Assembly (NCBI RefSeq): GCF_006345805.1
Contig: NC_043001.1
Span: 20,398,001 to 20,462,000 of the forward strand
Origin: Octopus sinensis
Lineage: Eukaryota
Direction: 5' to 3'
DNA length: 64,000 nt
Part shown: piece after piece, positions 34,615 through 47,434 of the stretch
Position numbering within the stretch: the first letter of the stretch is position 1
Layout: the number at the start of each line of letters is the position of its first letter
Made by a program: the position numbers and the translations under genes
Notes under the pieces: generated by a model
Told to the model about the DNA's origin: nothing
The model's input: only the letters and a program-made list of their open reading frames with translations
Database searches by the model: none

Positions 34615-35122
34615 TGACCCCCTTCGGTCATGAATGATCATGGGATTACACCTAGAAAGTTACCCTCCGAGGCACAAGTCTGGGCAAGGTTGTTTATGGA
34701 GGGCCAGCAGTCGCCCACGCATACCAGCCTCCCCTCTCCACACCACTGTGTTATCCAAGGGAAAGGCTAAGGGGTCGATACAGCTTGGCACCAGTGATGT
34801 CGCAGCTCATTTATTAACATGCAAGTGGCTGAGCACTCCACAGACACGTGTACCCTTAACGTAGTTCTCGGGGAGATTCAGTGTGACACAGAGTGTGACA
34901 AGGCTGGCCCTCTGAAATACAGGTACAACAGAAACAGGAAGAAAGTGTGAGAGAAAGTTGTAGTAAAAGAATACAGCAGGGTTCACCACCACCCCCTACT
35001 AGAGCCTCAAGGAGCTTTAGGTGTTTTCGCTCAATAAACACACAATGCCTGGTCTGGGAATCAAATTTGCAATACTACGACTGTGAGTCTGCTGCCCTAA
35101 CTACTGGGCCATTGTGCCTCCA
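34615..35122 (-). mobile_element. SINE-D, long copy
   Basis: tRNA-like head at the right end matches 11451-11600; ~500-bp body. Confidence 0.75.
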
Positions 35123-36464
35123 CTGCTCATGAATAACAGTTAAAATAAGCCAACAAAAGAACCTTTACATGGTCACTTGATCTGCTAGAAGTCACACCCA
35201 AATCTCCCTCAAAATGATATCTGCCATTAAGATACATCAGATACTGTAGTCCTATATATACTATGCCTTGCAAAAAGACAGTAGAGTATAGCTGGGACAC
35301 CTTTGAACATAGGTCTGACCAGTCAGAGATTACCTAGGTTAACAACACAGATATAACATTCATAGACTTTACACATACTGGCCATCACCTTCTCTAATAT
35401 AATCTCATGGTGATCGTACATCACTAACTGAGCTAAAAGGCATCTCAAACAACAGGTTTCCTTTTTTAAGTCCTCAAACTAATCTGAAACTAAACAATTA
35501 CTAATCCACTACAAGGTGTCAGTTCGACAAATATTGGAGTACCACTCACATATATTCGGTAGTTCAGCTGCTGTATGCTCAAACATTTTATATCACATTA
35601 AAAAATAAAGCTACCAAACCTTCACATAATAACACACCTCAACCACTAAATTACCAACATGATATGGTACATGTTGCTACATTAATCCCTGTTCTGCTGA
35701 ACTAGAAAACTGAGTGCTGCCTCTGCCAAAGTTTATACAATGCATCTATCTCTCTTAGATCATTTTTTTTTTTTTTTGGTTTTTGTTTTTCTGTTTCAAC
35801 ACTTCAAAGCCGATACTAAACATCTCCTCTCTATAAGAGAAACCCACTGGAACTTCTTCCCCACACCCTATGATTTCCTAACAAGAACCAAACTACAGAT
35901 ATTCGACTATTGGCCTCACCAATCTGGAAAGCTCTTCAAAGACTATTAGCACAGCCCTTCTACAATGCATTATGTAATTAAAAATAAGGATGGTTAGGAA
36001 AACTTGAATCTATAACTTCTACCACATGCTGTGTTCTGTAAATAGCAATTGAAATATTATCGTCTGAGATGTTTTCGTAAATTATATTTTGAGCAACCGC
36101 ATTTCCTTATGGAAAACGAAGTGGCAATGAAAAGCAATGCTGGGGTTCAGTTTCTTCTTCACAATTCAAGATGCTATAATTGCTACACCTCATAACCTCT
36201 GATGCTCACTAAATACTTTTCCCAATCCTTTCTCCCCAGAGCAGTCTCTATCATATTCTCTATCTACCCACATTTTTTCCCAACAGATACTGACCTATGG
36301 TGATATTCAAGTTGAATACCAACTGCAGTATGAGAGGATCTGAGGCCATTTGCATTAACCTTCTTCCTTTGACTAACTTAGTAAAAATCATATCAGGTGT
36401 GGCTGTGTGGTGCGAAGTTTGCTTCCCAGCCACCTGGTTCGGGTTCAGTCCCACTGCATGACAC

Positions 36465-36833
36465 CTTACCACACAGCCACTCCTATTGTACTTTTTTTTC
36501 TAATTTTTTATCTAGTGGTCTTTTTTACTGATCTGCTAAGTTACAGCACTTCTTGACAACCAGTATTGGTATGTACCCCACCACTTCTTGACAACCAGAA
36601 TTGTTATGTTTACCAATACTGGCTGTCAAGAAGTGTGTGTGTGTGGGGAGAGCAAACATGCACGCACACACACAATACTTGACAACCAGTATTGGTAAAC
36701 ATAACAATACCATTGTCAAGAAGTGGTGGGGGGGACATACCAATACTGGTTGTCAAGAAGTGCTGTAACTTAGCAGATCAGTAAAAAAGACCACTAGAAA
36801 AAAAAAGTACAATCGGAGTGGCTGTGTGGTAAG
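36465..36833. repeat. Foldback (long inverted repeat) built from SINE-A-derived pieces
   Basis: Arms of ~160 bp are near-perfect reverse complements; short (TG)n/(CA)n spacer. Confidence 0.9.
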
Positions 36834-36982
36834 TAGTTTGCTTACCAACCACATGGTTCCAGATTCAGTCCCACTGCATGGCACCTTGGGCAAGTGTTTT
36901 CTACAAAAGCCTCGAGTTGACCAAAGCCTTGTGAGTGGATTTGGTAGACGGAAACTGAAAGAAGCCCATCGTATATACATAC

Positions 36983-37023
<41 letters not shown>

Positions 37024-37230
37024 TGTGTCTGTGTTTGTCCCCTCAACATTGCTTGACAACCGATGCTGGTGTGTTTACATCCCCATAATTTAGCGGTTCG
37101 GCAAAAGAGACCGATAGAATAAGTACTAGGCTTACAAAGAATAAGTCCTGGGGTCGATATGCTCGACTAAAGGCAGTGCTCCAGCATAACCACAGTCAAA
37201 TGACTGAAACAAGTAAAAGAGTAAAAGAGC
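36815..37230 (+). mobile_element. SINE-A
   Basis: Consensus match. Confidence 0.9.
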
Positions 37231-37756
37231 ATGTCGACAGTTCAACTAAAATTCTTTGAAGCGGTGCCCCAGCATGGCCAAAGTCTAGTGACTGAAACAA
37301 ATAAATAGATTGAAAAAAAAAAAAAAGAGATAGCAAAAATAAAATGGCAATACTGAAGCAAACTAAAGAAAACAAAATCAAATCTTTCAGGATATTTCCT
37401 TTTCTCAACAGTAATATTTCCAGTGTTGACCTATGGAGATATTACTGGCTTTTGTCCTTAACCTATCTCAGATACTGAACAAATAATTTTCCCAAAATTC
37501 TAATCTGAACTGGAGTGGCAGGAATTAAGTGGGATAACGGAATCAACAATATAAACACACCAAGTGAACTGGCATAAACAACTTCAAGCAATTAGTTTAC
37601 TGGAAGTACTGAGATTTTGCTACCATGACAAAGTATTGATACTAAAGCTAAGCTTATCATACTATTGGAATCAAGATATATTTCTGGTGAAAGAAATTTG
37701 AGGAATTACCAGTTTAATAAACATTGAAAACTTAGCAAGTCATTGCATGATGTTGT

Positions 37757-38155
37757 GCAGGAGTGGCTGTGTGGTAAGAAGCTTGTTTACCAACCACATG
37801 GTTCCAGGTTCAGTCCCACTGCGTGGCACCTTGGGCAAGTGTCTTCTACTATAGCCTCGGGCCGACCAAAATGGATTTCGTAGACAGAAACTGAAAGAAG
37901 CCCTTCATATATATGTATATATGTGTGTGGGTGTGTGTGTTTGTGTGTTTGTGTGTCTGTTTCCCCCCAAAATCGCTTGACAACCAATGCTGGTGTGTTT
38001 ATGTCCCCATAACTTAGCAGTTTGGCAAAAAAGACCGATAGAATAAGTACTAGGCTTACAAAGAATAAAGTCCTGCGGTCGATTTGCTCGACTAAAGGCG
38101 GTGCTCCAGCATGGCCACAGTCAAATGACTGAAACAAATAAAAGAGTAAAAGAGT
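37757..38155 (+). mobile_element. SINE-A
   Basis: Consensus match. Confidence 0.9.
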
Positions 38156-38227
38156 ATGTGATTAGACTATAACTAGCAGAACAAGCAGCCCCACATTGCC
38201 TCATTTTGAAGACAGTTAATATCATTC

Positions 38228-38935
38228 ATCTTTTACTTGTATCAGACTGTGGCCATGCTGGGTGCACCACCTTGAAGAATCTCCTTTAGTCAAATGAATC
38301 AACCCCAATACTTATTTTTTGTCAAGCCTGGTGCTTATTCTATCAGTCTCTTTTTGCCAAACTGCTAAGTTACGGGCACATAAACTTGTACTTGACTTAT
38401 ACTTGTGACGGCGTTCACCAGGGCAGGTTGAGTCGGCTTCTTCTTTGGTCCTGACAGCATCACGAACCATGGCGGTCCACGCTCGACGGTCCTGTGCAAC
38501 ATCACTGGAGATAGTGAGCCATTTGCAGTTCCATCTGCGCAGACCGACCAACTGCAGACCTGAGAGTTCGGAGAGGCCCTCCATTACCGTCGTTGCCCAG
38601 GTCTTCAGCTGCCCGCCCGTGTGATTGTGCCAGTTGGGAAGTGGAGATGGGAGGAGGACATCGTGAATCAGCCCACCCCCCACCAATTACTGGGGACGTA
38701 AACACACCAACACCAGTTGTCAAGCAGTGATTGGGGGACAAACACAGACACAAAGACACACACACACACACAGACACAAATACACAAATATACATAATAG
38801 GCTTCTTTTGGTTTCTGTCTACCAAATCCACTCAGGTTACAGTAGAAGACACAAGCACCAAGGTCAACCCAGTGACATTCAACCCAGAACCCTGTGGTTG
38901 GGAAGCAAGCTTTTTTCCCACACAGCCATGCCTGC
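38228..38935 (-). mobile_element. SINE-A interrupted by an RTE fragment
   Basis: SINE-A halves on both sides of 38386-38686. Confidence 0.8.
38386..38686 (-). mobile_element. 5'-truncated RTE-clade LINE 3' end
   Basis: GGQLKTWATTV...GLRRWNCKWLTISSDVAQDRRAWTAMVRDAV; caagta-like tail; ~16-bp diverged TSD (38370-38385 and 38687-38703). Confidence 0.8.
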
Positions 38936-39574
38936 ATCTATTAGTCTGTCTGTTAACTTGTTCGTTTTTGAAATCCAATTAAAAATAATCTGGAGATTAA
39001 ATCATAAACTAAAATGGAGAAAGTAATATTCTTAACAGCTTTTCAAAAAACACAGTCATATTTGTGATTTGACGATATCACATTGGATTGGAATGAACTA
39101 AACAATTTCAGATGAGATTATAAGATAAATGATATGCAAACATAGAGCAACAGACTGAAGAATTTTGGAAAATTGACATAGTAATTAATTTTTCCCTACT
39201 AGATGGCAACTATTGGTGAAACATTAGAAGATTATTAAAAATGGTAGCTTAATAAACTTTCAGAAACTACGTCAACAGTTAATGCTAATAAATTCCATAT
39301 GCTCGTTAAGAAACTGGAACTGTTAATAAAAGAAAAAATAAAGATTTGCAAATACATTTAAAAAAAATTTTTCTTCAGTTTTATTTTAATTTTTTTCAAT
39401 CTCTTGCAAATTAAGGAATGTCTGTATAAAGTATATTTAATTAATTACTACTTTACACTGTAAAATATTTTACTTTTCTATAGAGAGTAATTATTTTAGT
39501 TTAACCCAAGGTCAGTTTTGTTCCACCAGACCAATGGCCAAAGGCATTTCAGCCATGATCATCTTGTTTTTACG

Positions 39575-39812
39575 AGTATCAAGGGCTACGTAATGCAATG
39601 TAGTGACCATGTGTGTACCGTTGGCGATTTTTTTCCCTCTGTCTTCCCTTCTCTGGATCTTTCCTTCTCCCATGTTTCCGATGAAGAGCTCTGCTCGAAA
39701 CGTTAAACCCTCTTTCTTCCCTTCTTTCCTGAGCATCCAATAATACTATATTTGTTCCACGTCCTCGCATTGTTGTGTTTTCTTGTGTTTTCTTGTTTGG
39801 ATTAACTTTCTG
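39575..39812 (+). mobile_element. PLE-type short fragment with hammerhead-like motif (39674-39708)
   Basis: Homologous to 25600-25812; GTTT-CCGATGA-AGAGCTCTGCTC-GAAA-CG-TT-AAAC, with U4 changed to C. Confidence 0.65.
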
Positions 39813-39819
39813 TATTTAA

Positions 39820-40057
39820 CCCTTTGGCATTCAAACCAGCCATATTTAGCTCAAATTTTACCTGTTTTATGTTTAAACCGGATGGATCTGGCTTCTCATT
39901 CATACTCTATAATGTCATTCTATAAATTAGCAATTGCTTATTTTTAGAATGGCATCAGAGAAATTAAACAATAATGGATGATTAACGCATGGTTATTTCA
40001 AATCAATGTAAATATAGATGTGTTAGCATTTGACAAAAAATCTGAATGACAAAAGTA
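39820..40057. mobile_element. piggyBac-like MITE (degenerate right end)
   Basis: TTAA|CCCTTTG start; internal match to the 45203 copy. Confidence 0.55.
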
Positions 40058-40062
40058 TTAAG

Positions 40063-40637
40063 ATATGGTGCTGGTGTGTTTACATCTCCATAACTTAGCA
40101 GGTCAGCAAAAGAGATTGATAGAATAAGTACTAAAAAAAAAAATAAGAAGTGGAGTCAATGCATTTCACTAAAATTCTTCAGAGCAGTGCTACAGCATGG
40201 CCACAGTCTAATGACTGAAATAAGTAAAAGATAAAAGGTAGTCTTTTATTCTTTTACTTGTTTCAGTAATTGGACTGTGGCCATGTTGGAGCACTGCCTT
40301 TAGTCAAACAAATCGACCCCAGGACTTTTTCTTTGTAAGCCTAGTACTTATTCTATCAGTCTCTTTTGCTGAACTGCTAAGTTATGGGGACATAAACACA
40401 CCAACATCAGTTGTCAAGCGACAGTAGGGGGACAAACAGACGCACAAAGACATACACACACACGTACATATATACGACAGGCTTCTTTCAGTTTCCATCT
40501 ATCAAATCCACTCACAAGACTTTGGTCAGCCTGAAGTGATAGTAGAAAACACTTGCCCAAGGTGTCATACAATGGGATTGAACCCAGAACCATGTGATTG
40601 GGAAGTAAGCTACTTACCACACAGCCACTACTGCACC
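40063..40637. mobile_element. Tail-to-tail SINE-A pair (40063-40220 plus strand, 40243-40637 minus strand)
   Basis: Two consensus matches in opposite orientation, ~20 bp apart. Confidence 0.8.
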
Positions 40638-40804
40638 TATATATTTTTTTAAAATTTTGAATAGAAGTTTTAAATATCACGAAAATGTTACGTGTCTTAT
40701 TACTGTGCATTTAGTAATCAGTTAATTAATTTACTGCAACTTAATGCCCTCATAATTTGCTGTGTTTTGGTAAGTAGGAACTTCATTTACAAGGCAGTGG
40801 TACA

Positions 40805-41041
40805 AGGCGGCGAGCTGGCAGAATCGTTAGCACACCGGGTGAAATGCTTAGCGGTATTCTGTCTGTCGTTACATTCTGAGTTCAAATTCCGCCGAGGTCG
40901 ACTTTGCCTTTCATCCTTTCGGGGTCGATAAATTAAGTACCAGTTACGCACTGGGGTCGATGTAATCGACTTAATCCGTTTGTCTGTCCTTGTTTGTCCC
41001 CTCTGTGTTTAGCCCCTTATGGGTAGTAAAGAAATAGGTAC
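40805..41041 (+). mobile_element. SINE-B, near-consensus
   Basis: Head to tail aaagaaataggta complete; CpGs largely retained. Confidence 0.92.
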
Positions 41042-41219
41042 AGTCAGAGTTATAACAGAAGAGACACTTATCTAAGGTGCTGTACAGTAGGACTGAACCT
41101 GAAACCATGTGGTTGCAAAGCAAGCTTCTTAACCACACAGCCATACCGGTGGATTTTATGACTCTTTTCGAAATAAATTATTCTTAGAAATGATACACTG
41201 ATAAATCAAAAGGCTTTAA

Positions 41220-41441
41220 CCCTTTAGTGTTCAGATTACACTGTTAAATGTAATATTTTTTTTAATTCAAATTGTTTTGAATTAATCAAGCATTATCTTA
41301 TAGCTTTGAGGTTTCAATGATGTGATTGTTTATTTTTAGAATGGCATTGTAGGTTAGGTGTGAAAGGCTAGATATTGCCAGTTTGAATATAAAACATATA
41401 GAATATCTGGGCCGGATATGGCCGGTTTAAACACTAAAGGG
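41220..41441. mobile_element. piggyBac-like MITE
   Basis: TTAA|CCTTTAGTGTT ... AACACTAAAGGG|TTAA. Confidence 0.75.
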
Positions 41442-42672
41442 TTAAAATAGAAATATTTTAATAGTTAAAAATATTGGTTTCAAATTTTGGCACAAGGCCA
41501 GCAATTTCGAAGGAGGGAGCTAGTTGATTACATCGACCCCAGTACTTAACTGGTACTTATTTTATCGATCCCAAAATGATAAAAAGCAAAGTCAACCATG
41601 GCAGAATTTGAACTCAGAATGTAAAGACAGACAAAATGCCACTAAGCATTTTACCGAGTGAGCTGATTCCACCAACTCACTACCTTGAAATAGTTAAAAA
41701 CATTGCAATAAATTTCAGTGACCTTTTCAAACTCTAGAGAAATGGCATTTTGTAATATTAAATCTTGTAAATAAGGTTAAAAATAAACACCAATGACCTT
41801 CTTTCAAGCTTAATTTAATGAGGAAGTGAAATGTTTTCCAGGAGTTACACTCCTTCAACAGAAAAAATAAATAATATATATGTTTATGTTTTCTTTCCAG
41901 TGAAAGCTATCTGGCTGGACAACAAAATAACATGATGATATCTAATAATAATATACTCTACTACAGCCAGTTTTACACTCGCATGAGCATACGCAAGATA
42001 TTATATCAGTTGGTAAAAAGGAAATGATAAGGTTTCACTAAGCTAATGCAACTGACATTACGTCTTAAAAAAAATATAATTCAAAACTTTTCATATATTT
42101 ACAGCTTCTCATATTCACACAAAAATTTACTAGCGTGGAAACAAATATAAATATAAATAAACATATGTATATATGTTTCATCCGGTAGGGTGTCCAAAGT
42201 GACACTCCTCAGGCTTGGTGGGATAGTAAGTTTAGTCACAGGTGAGCAGATCATGTAATAGGGCAGAGGAACTCAGGTGAGTTAATGACAAAGCATTATC
42301 ATATAGGTGTGTAATTCACACATATTTGTAAATTCACAAGGGAGAAGCATACTCTTACCTGATACCAGCCATGAGTGTGGTGTCTACCACTTCATCATCA
42401 TTCATTTTAACATCCACTTTTCCATGCGTGCATGGCTTGGACAGAATCTGTCAAAGAAGATTTTCTACAGCCAGATACCAACAACCTTCACCTATTTCCA
42501 AGTTAAGATATTTCCCCATAACCAGACAGGTTTTCACAGAAGACTAAAAGCAAAGGTCATTATGTGCATGATAATGACACTTGCTTACAACTATCATCCA
42601 AAGGCAAGTCAAGGGGACAGTAACATAAACACACACATATTTTTATAAACACACACACACATATATATAAAT

Positions 42673-42726
<54 letters not shown>

Positions 42727-42807
42727 TACATATAATATTTGTAAACAAGTCCAAAAGGCTTTGAAAGTTATGGAGAGAAAGTGACTATGTAAGTCTCTTA
42801 GTACAAT

Positions 42808-42822
42808 AATAACTATATAATA

Positions 42823-42862
<40 letters not shown>

Positions 42863-42882
42863 TAATAATAATAATAATAATA
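42808..42882. repeat. (AAT)n microsatellite
   Basis: Visible directly in the sequence. Confidence 0.95.
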
Positions 42883-43215
42883 TATTCTCTGATTTAAAGC
42901 AACATATTATATTAGCAATTGACTGAAAAATGATGAGCTAGCCAGAATCAAGCCCACATATCAATGCTTACACGGCTCCATGAGCATCCTATTGAGCCAA
43001 ATGCTCACCCATCAATTTCAGCCAAATTTAATGAATATATACTTTGTCTAATACTACATATAATATTTGTAAACAAACCCAAAAGGCTTTGTAAGTTATG
43101 GAGAGAAAGCCATGTAAGCTTTGATATGTGGGTTCAATTCTGGCTAGGGTCAGCTCTTCATTTTTCAGTCAATTGCTTAGATAAAATGTCGCTTTAAAAC
43201 GGAGAATATATATTA

Positions 43216-43613
43216 CTAGCAGTATCACCCGGCGTTGCTTGGGTTTGTAAGGGAAATAACTATATAAGCATTTTTAGAGATGTAAAGTATAATAGCCATC
43301 TCAATATGGCTAACCACAAAGTGGGGGGGTGTTACTGTAGCTTTTTACGTTCTGAGATTTAATAATAAATTTTTGGAGAGTTACTTCCCTTATATATGCC
43401 AAAAATGCATGAAAAATGGGAAAATTTGATGGTAAATTTTTTTTTAAATCGTAGACTCATCGTAGACGTGCGCTAATACCCAGAAGGGCTCGATATGAAT
43501 TACGACTATAAGATACCCGGTTTTGGTTAAACTGCACCGCAAAATGTGGGAGTAGTTAGGAATCTAAATCGTAGGAGACAGACAGCACACAGCCCCACTT
43601 TTATATATAAAGG
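43216..43613 (-). mobile_element. Non-autonomous Helitron-type element
   Basis: Minus strand ends with hairpin cccaagcaacgccggg and CTAG; 5' end (t/c)ctttatatataaaag. Confidence 0.7.
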
Positions 43614-44676
43614 TTATTATGCCATACTATTACATAGTTATTATTGTATCTATCTATCTCCCTCTATCTCTCTCTCTCTCTAAGAGCAGTTTAGGTTCTC
43701 CACTGGTCAACACAGCTGCATTTTCTGTTGTAGTACTGGCAATATCAAGAAGGTAGAGTCTTGGTCTTGATATATTGGCAGGGAGAGGCATTACATTTTA
43801 AAAGGAAAGAGGGAAGAAATGACGAAAAACAATGGATTTGCACATATCTCCTCTCTACCAAGTTCACTCACATGACATTGGTTAGGCCAGAGCTATAACA
43901 GAAGAGACTTGCCCAAGGAGCCGTACAGTGGGACTGAACTTAAAAACCACGTGGTTCCAAAGTGAGCTTCTTAACCATGCTCCCACTTAACCATGAACAC
44001 ACAGCTGATCATTCTTTGAACTTTATTTAAGTTCTTCTTCACAGAATTCAAGCTGGACACTAACAAACTATTTCGTCTTTTTAACTGGAATCAAGACATT
44101 TCCAGGGATTAGCAAAAATGTTAGTGTTGTGTGTGTGTATGAATGTCAATAAGTTTTTGCACCTGTTTCTAGTCAGTTCGGTCCCAGACAAGTGGCAGAG
44201 TAACAAGAAACAACTCGAAAACATTTGTACATCAAAAGCTATCATCCTTGGTTGTTCTTTACATAAATTACGAGAGCCACATTCCATACAGTACCAAGGC
44301 ATGAAAAAGAGAATACACACACACACACATAGCAAACAGTAGTAAGTTTTAGATCCAACAAGGGAATTTCAATGTAGTCACGTAAGCTGCTAGAAATAGA
44401 AGGCAAATTTACTTGAAAGTAAACTCTCATCTAAAAGAAAAAAAAGAAAGGCATATTTGGGAATGAGGTAATTGTAGACACACTGGCTTGCAAAAAGATA
44501 AAAACAGGATAAGATGGAGTGGTCACAACTGGAATGCTTTGATCATAAGTCTCTTGATCAGGACAGACTTGGCGCTTAATAGCATATTACTACTAATAAG
44601 ACAAAATGCTTAGAATATTTCATTAAAAGCAGCTGCTCTACTACTACTACTACTACTAATAATAATAATAATAATA

Positions 44677-45060
44677 ATACCTGTTGTCATAGGTGCCCTG
44701 GGAATGATAGCGAAAGGGACTGATTGCTACCTAACTCAGATACCAGGAAACCCCAAAATGGCAGAAATTCAAAAGATAGTGCTCATGGGAACTGCTAATA
44801 TCCTACACAAAATACTCTCTAATCCCAAGGTTTAAAACAAACTTTTTTTTTTTATGTATTAGACATTCACTAGTACAACACCAAAAAAAAACAAATATAT
44901 GGCACACTAGGCATAACAACAACGTGAACTTCCAACCTGTTGTCTCTTGAGGTCTCTGGGTGAGACTTGGAGCCAACTTGTACAAATATAAAGCAAAAGT
45001 CAAACAAACAAACAAACAAACAAACAAAAACAACAATAAAAACAACAACAACAACAACAA
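44677..45060 (+). mobile_element. R4/Dong-like non-LTR 3' end (restriction-like endonuclease tail)
   Basis: IPVVIGALGMIAKGTDCYLTQIPGNPKMAEIQKIVLMGTANILHKILSNPKV* (44677-44835) starts directly in (AAT)n; the 3' UTR ends in (CAAA)n/(CAA)n. Confidence 0.75.
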
Positions 45061-45202
45061 CAACAATCCTTTCTATTATAGGCACAAGGCCCGAAATTTC
45101 ATGGGTGAGACTAGTCAATTACATTGACCCCAGTGTTCCACTGGTACTTAATTTATCCACCCTGAAAGGATGAAAGGCAAAGTCAACCTTAGCAGCATTT
45201 AA

Positions 45203-45398
45203 CCCTTTAGTATTTAAACCGGCCATATCTGGCCAAAATATTTAATCTGTTTTATGTTCAAACCTACCCTACAATGTTATTCTACATTAAGTAATTACAC
45301 CATCAAGATCTTGAAGATATGAGATAATGCATGATTAATTCAAATCAATGTGAATCAATAAGTATTATGTTTGATAGAATAATCTGAACACTAAAGGG
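45203..45398. mobile_element. piggyBac-like MITE inserted at TTAA inside a SINE-B (45075-45480)
   Basis: TTAA on both sides; SINE-B sequence (..att|..aactcagaac) resumes afterwards. Confidence 0.8.
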
Positions 45399-45494
45399 TT
45401 AAACTCAGAACATAGCAACAAGTGAAATACCGCTAAGCATTTAGTCCAGTGTGCTAACAATTCTGCCAGCTCACCGCCTTACTACTACTACTAA

Positions 45495-45533
<39 letters not shown>

Positions 45534-46564
45534 AAATAATGATAATAATAATAATAATAATAGATATCAAATTTTGACACATGGCCAGCAATTTTGGGGG
45601 AGAGGTAAATTGATTACATCAACCTCAGTGCTCAACTGGTGCTTAATTTATCAACCCTGTCAGGATGAAAGGCAAAGTCAGCCTTGGTGAAATTAGAAAC
45701 CCAGAACATGAAGAGACAAAATGCTGCTAAGCATTTTGCCTAACAAGCCAGTGATTTACTACTACTACTACAAACAACAACAACAACAAATGTTTCACCT
45801 GATACAAATCTACCCCCACCACATTGTCTAACACCTGCATGGACTCAGAAGGGATGTAGGAGAGATAAAATCAGAATCCACGGTAATTTTACTGCTTTAT
45901 TGTAATAGAGTCTGGTTTAGAAGATACAATATAATATTGGAACAGTGTCTAGAAGTAATGCTGAAACACAGTTTAGTTAATATCTATTTACAGATATCTT
46001 AGTAAAGTGAAATGCACTTAAAGTATAGGAAAACTGAAATACAAACATATACATCTCTCATTCTATCTCTCTCTCTTTTCGGAAATTTTTACTTCAAAAT
46101 TGAAAAACCTAGCTATCAAGCAAAGGAAGACAACTTGCCTGGTCATAATTTTTTAAGAGGAATATTTCTTGAACTATCACCAGTGTTCTTGTGTTTTTAA
46201 AAAACATTCTTTGCAGAGAACAGTTATCATTTAGAGAAACTGAAGGTATGTCTAGTTCACGTAAGATACAAAACCAATGGGGTTTTTTTCTAAACTGTTA
46301 CTTTACACATACAAATATAAATATATATATATATACACACACACACTCAATAACACTATAAAAGGGTTAAAAGTTTTCCACAGGAACTTAGTTCAATTTG
46401 AAAACTCCACCTGAATGGGTGAAAGCGCTAATATATGATATAAGTTATATGATATACAAATAAATATCTGTAAATATAAAACCATCCGAATTTCTGAGTA
46501 CCTCATTTCTTCTAATATAAAATACCTGTACATCATCTCCAAACCTTCTTATATATATATATAT

Positions 46565-46786
46565 AGTGGTTATCTACTCCTTATGCAGAGTTGGACCACC
46601 ACCTGTTCCTACACCTTAGAGCCATCTGATGTTGCTTTTTAAACCAGACAATGTTTTGAAATGACACCAACATAGATTGCATCTAGAGCTGCAGTTAAGT
46701 TCTGATCTTTGTGGATCTTAAAATGCCTTTTGAAGCCTCTGTTAGATTTGCAGACCTTCTGGCATACATTGCATTGAAAACGTGTG
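46565..46786 (-). pseudogene. LINE (RTE-type) 3' end with two C2H2-like zinc fingers
   Basis: FQCNVCQKVCKSNRGFKRHFKIH, then after a frameshift CNLCWCHFKTLSGLKSNIR; short 3' UTR ending in (TA)n. Confidence 0.65.
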
Positions 46787-47434
46787 CACAGACATATAGG
46801 CAGAATAGTTGATGATGATGATCATCATCTTCATTGTTTAAGATCCATCTTCCATGCATGCATGGGTAGAATAGTTGACAGAAGCTGGCCAGGTAGAAAA
46901 CTACCCCAGGCTACTGTGTCTGTTTTGGCAGGGTTTTTACAGCTGGATGCCCTTCTTAACATCAACCATTCTGTAGAGCAGGCTCAGTGCTTTTTGCATG
47001 GCACTAGCACAGGTGAGGTTAGGTTTGGCATGATTTTTACAGCTGAATGCCCTTCCAAATGCCAACCATTTCCTAATTGTGAAATTTCAGCTTGGGTTCA
47101 ATCATACTACACCATACTTTAGGTAAGTGTCTTCTACAGTAGCCTTAGGTAACCAGAAGCTTGGGAGTGAAATTTATGGAAACCCATCAGGGAAACCATT
47201 TCTGATATTCAGTGGTTGGCTCAATCCATCACTTGGGTAGACAACAACACTTCACCCTCCTCCACCTACTGTGTATTTAGCTGAGTCCACTCTATGGCAA
47301 GCATTTGCACTAGGTCTCCTCTATCTGAATATATCTTCTCCCCTTATTTCCCACCAGTCTTGGGAGCCTTGCAGAAGGTCATGGGTATTGCTCTCCTTCC
47401 TCTAACTCAGTGATTGAAAGAATATTTTTAAATA

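Noticed and set aside
39194-39210. CTCF-like motif cctactagatggcaac
   Set aside because: A single imperfect match is expected by chance.
46217-46245. Plus-strand 29-nt micro-exon (tttgcAG...AAG|GTATGT)
   Set aside because: Such signal pairs occur by chance in 64 kb; it is not frame-preserving and has no partner exons.
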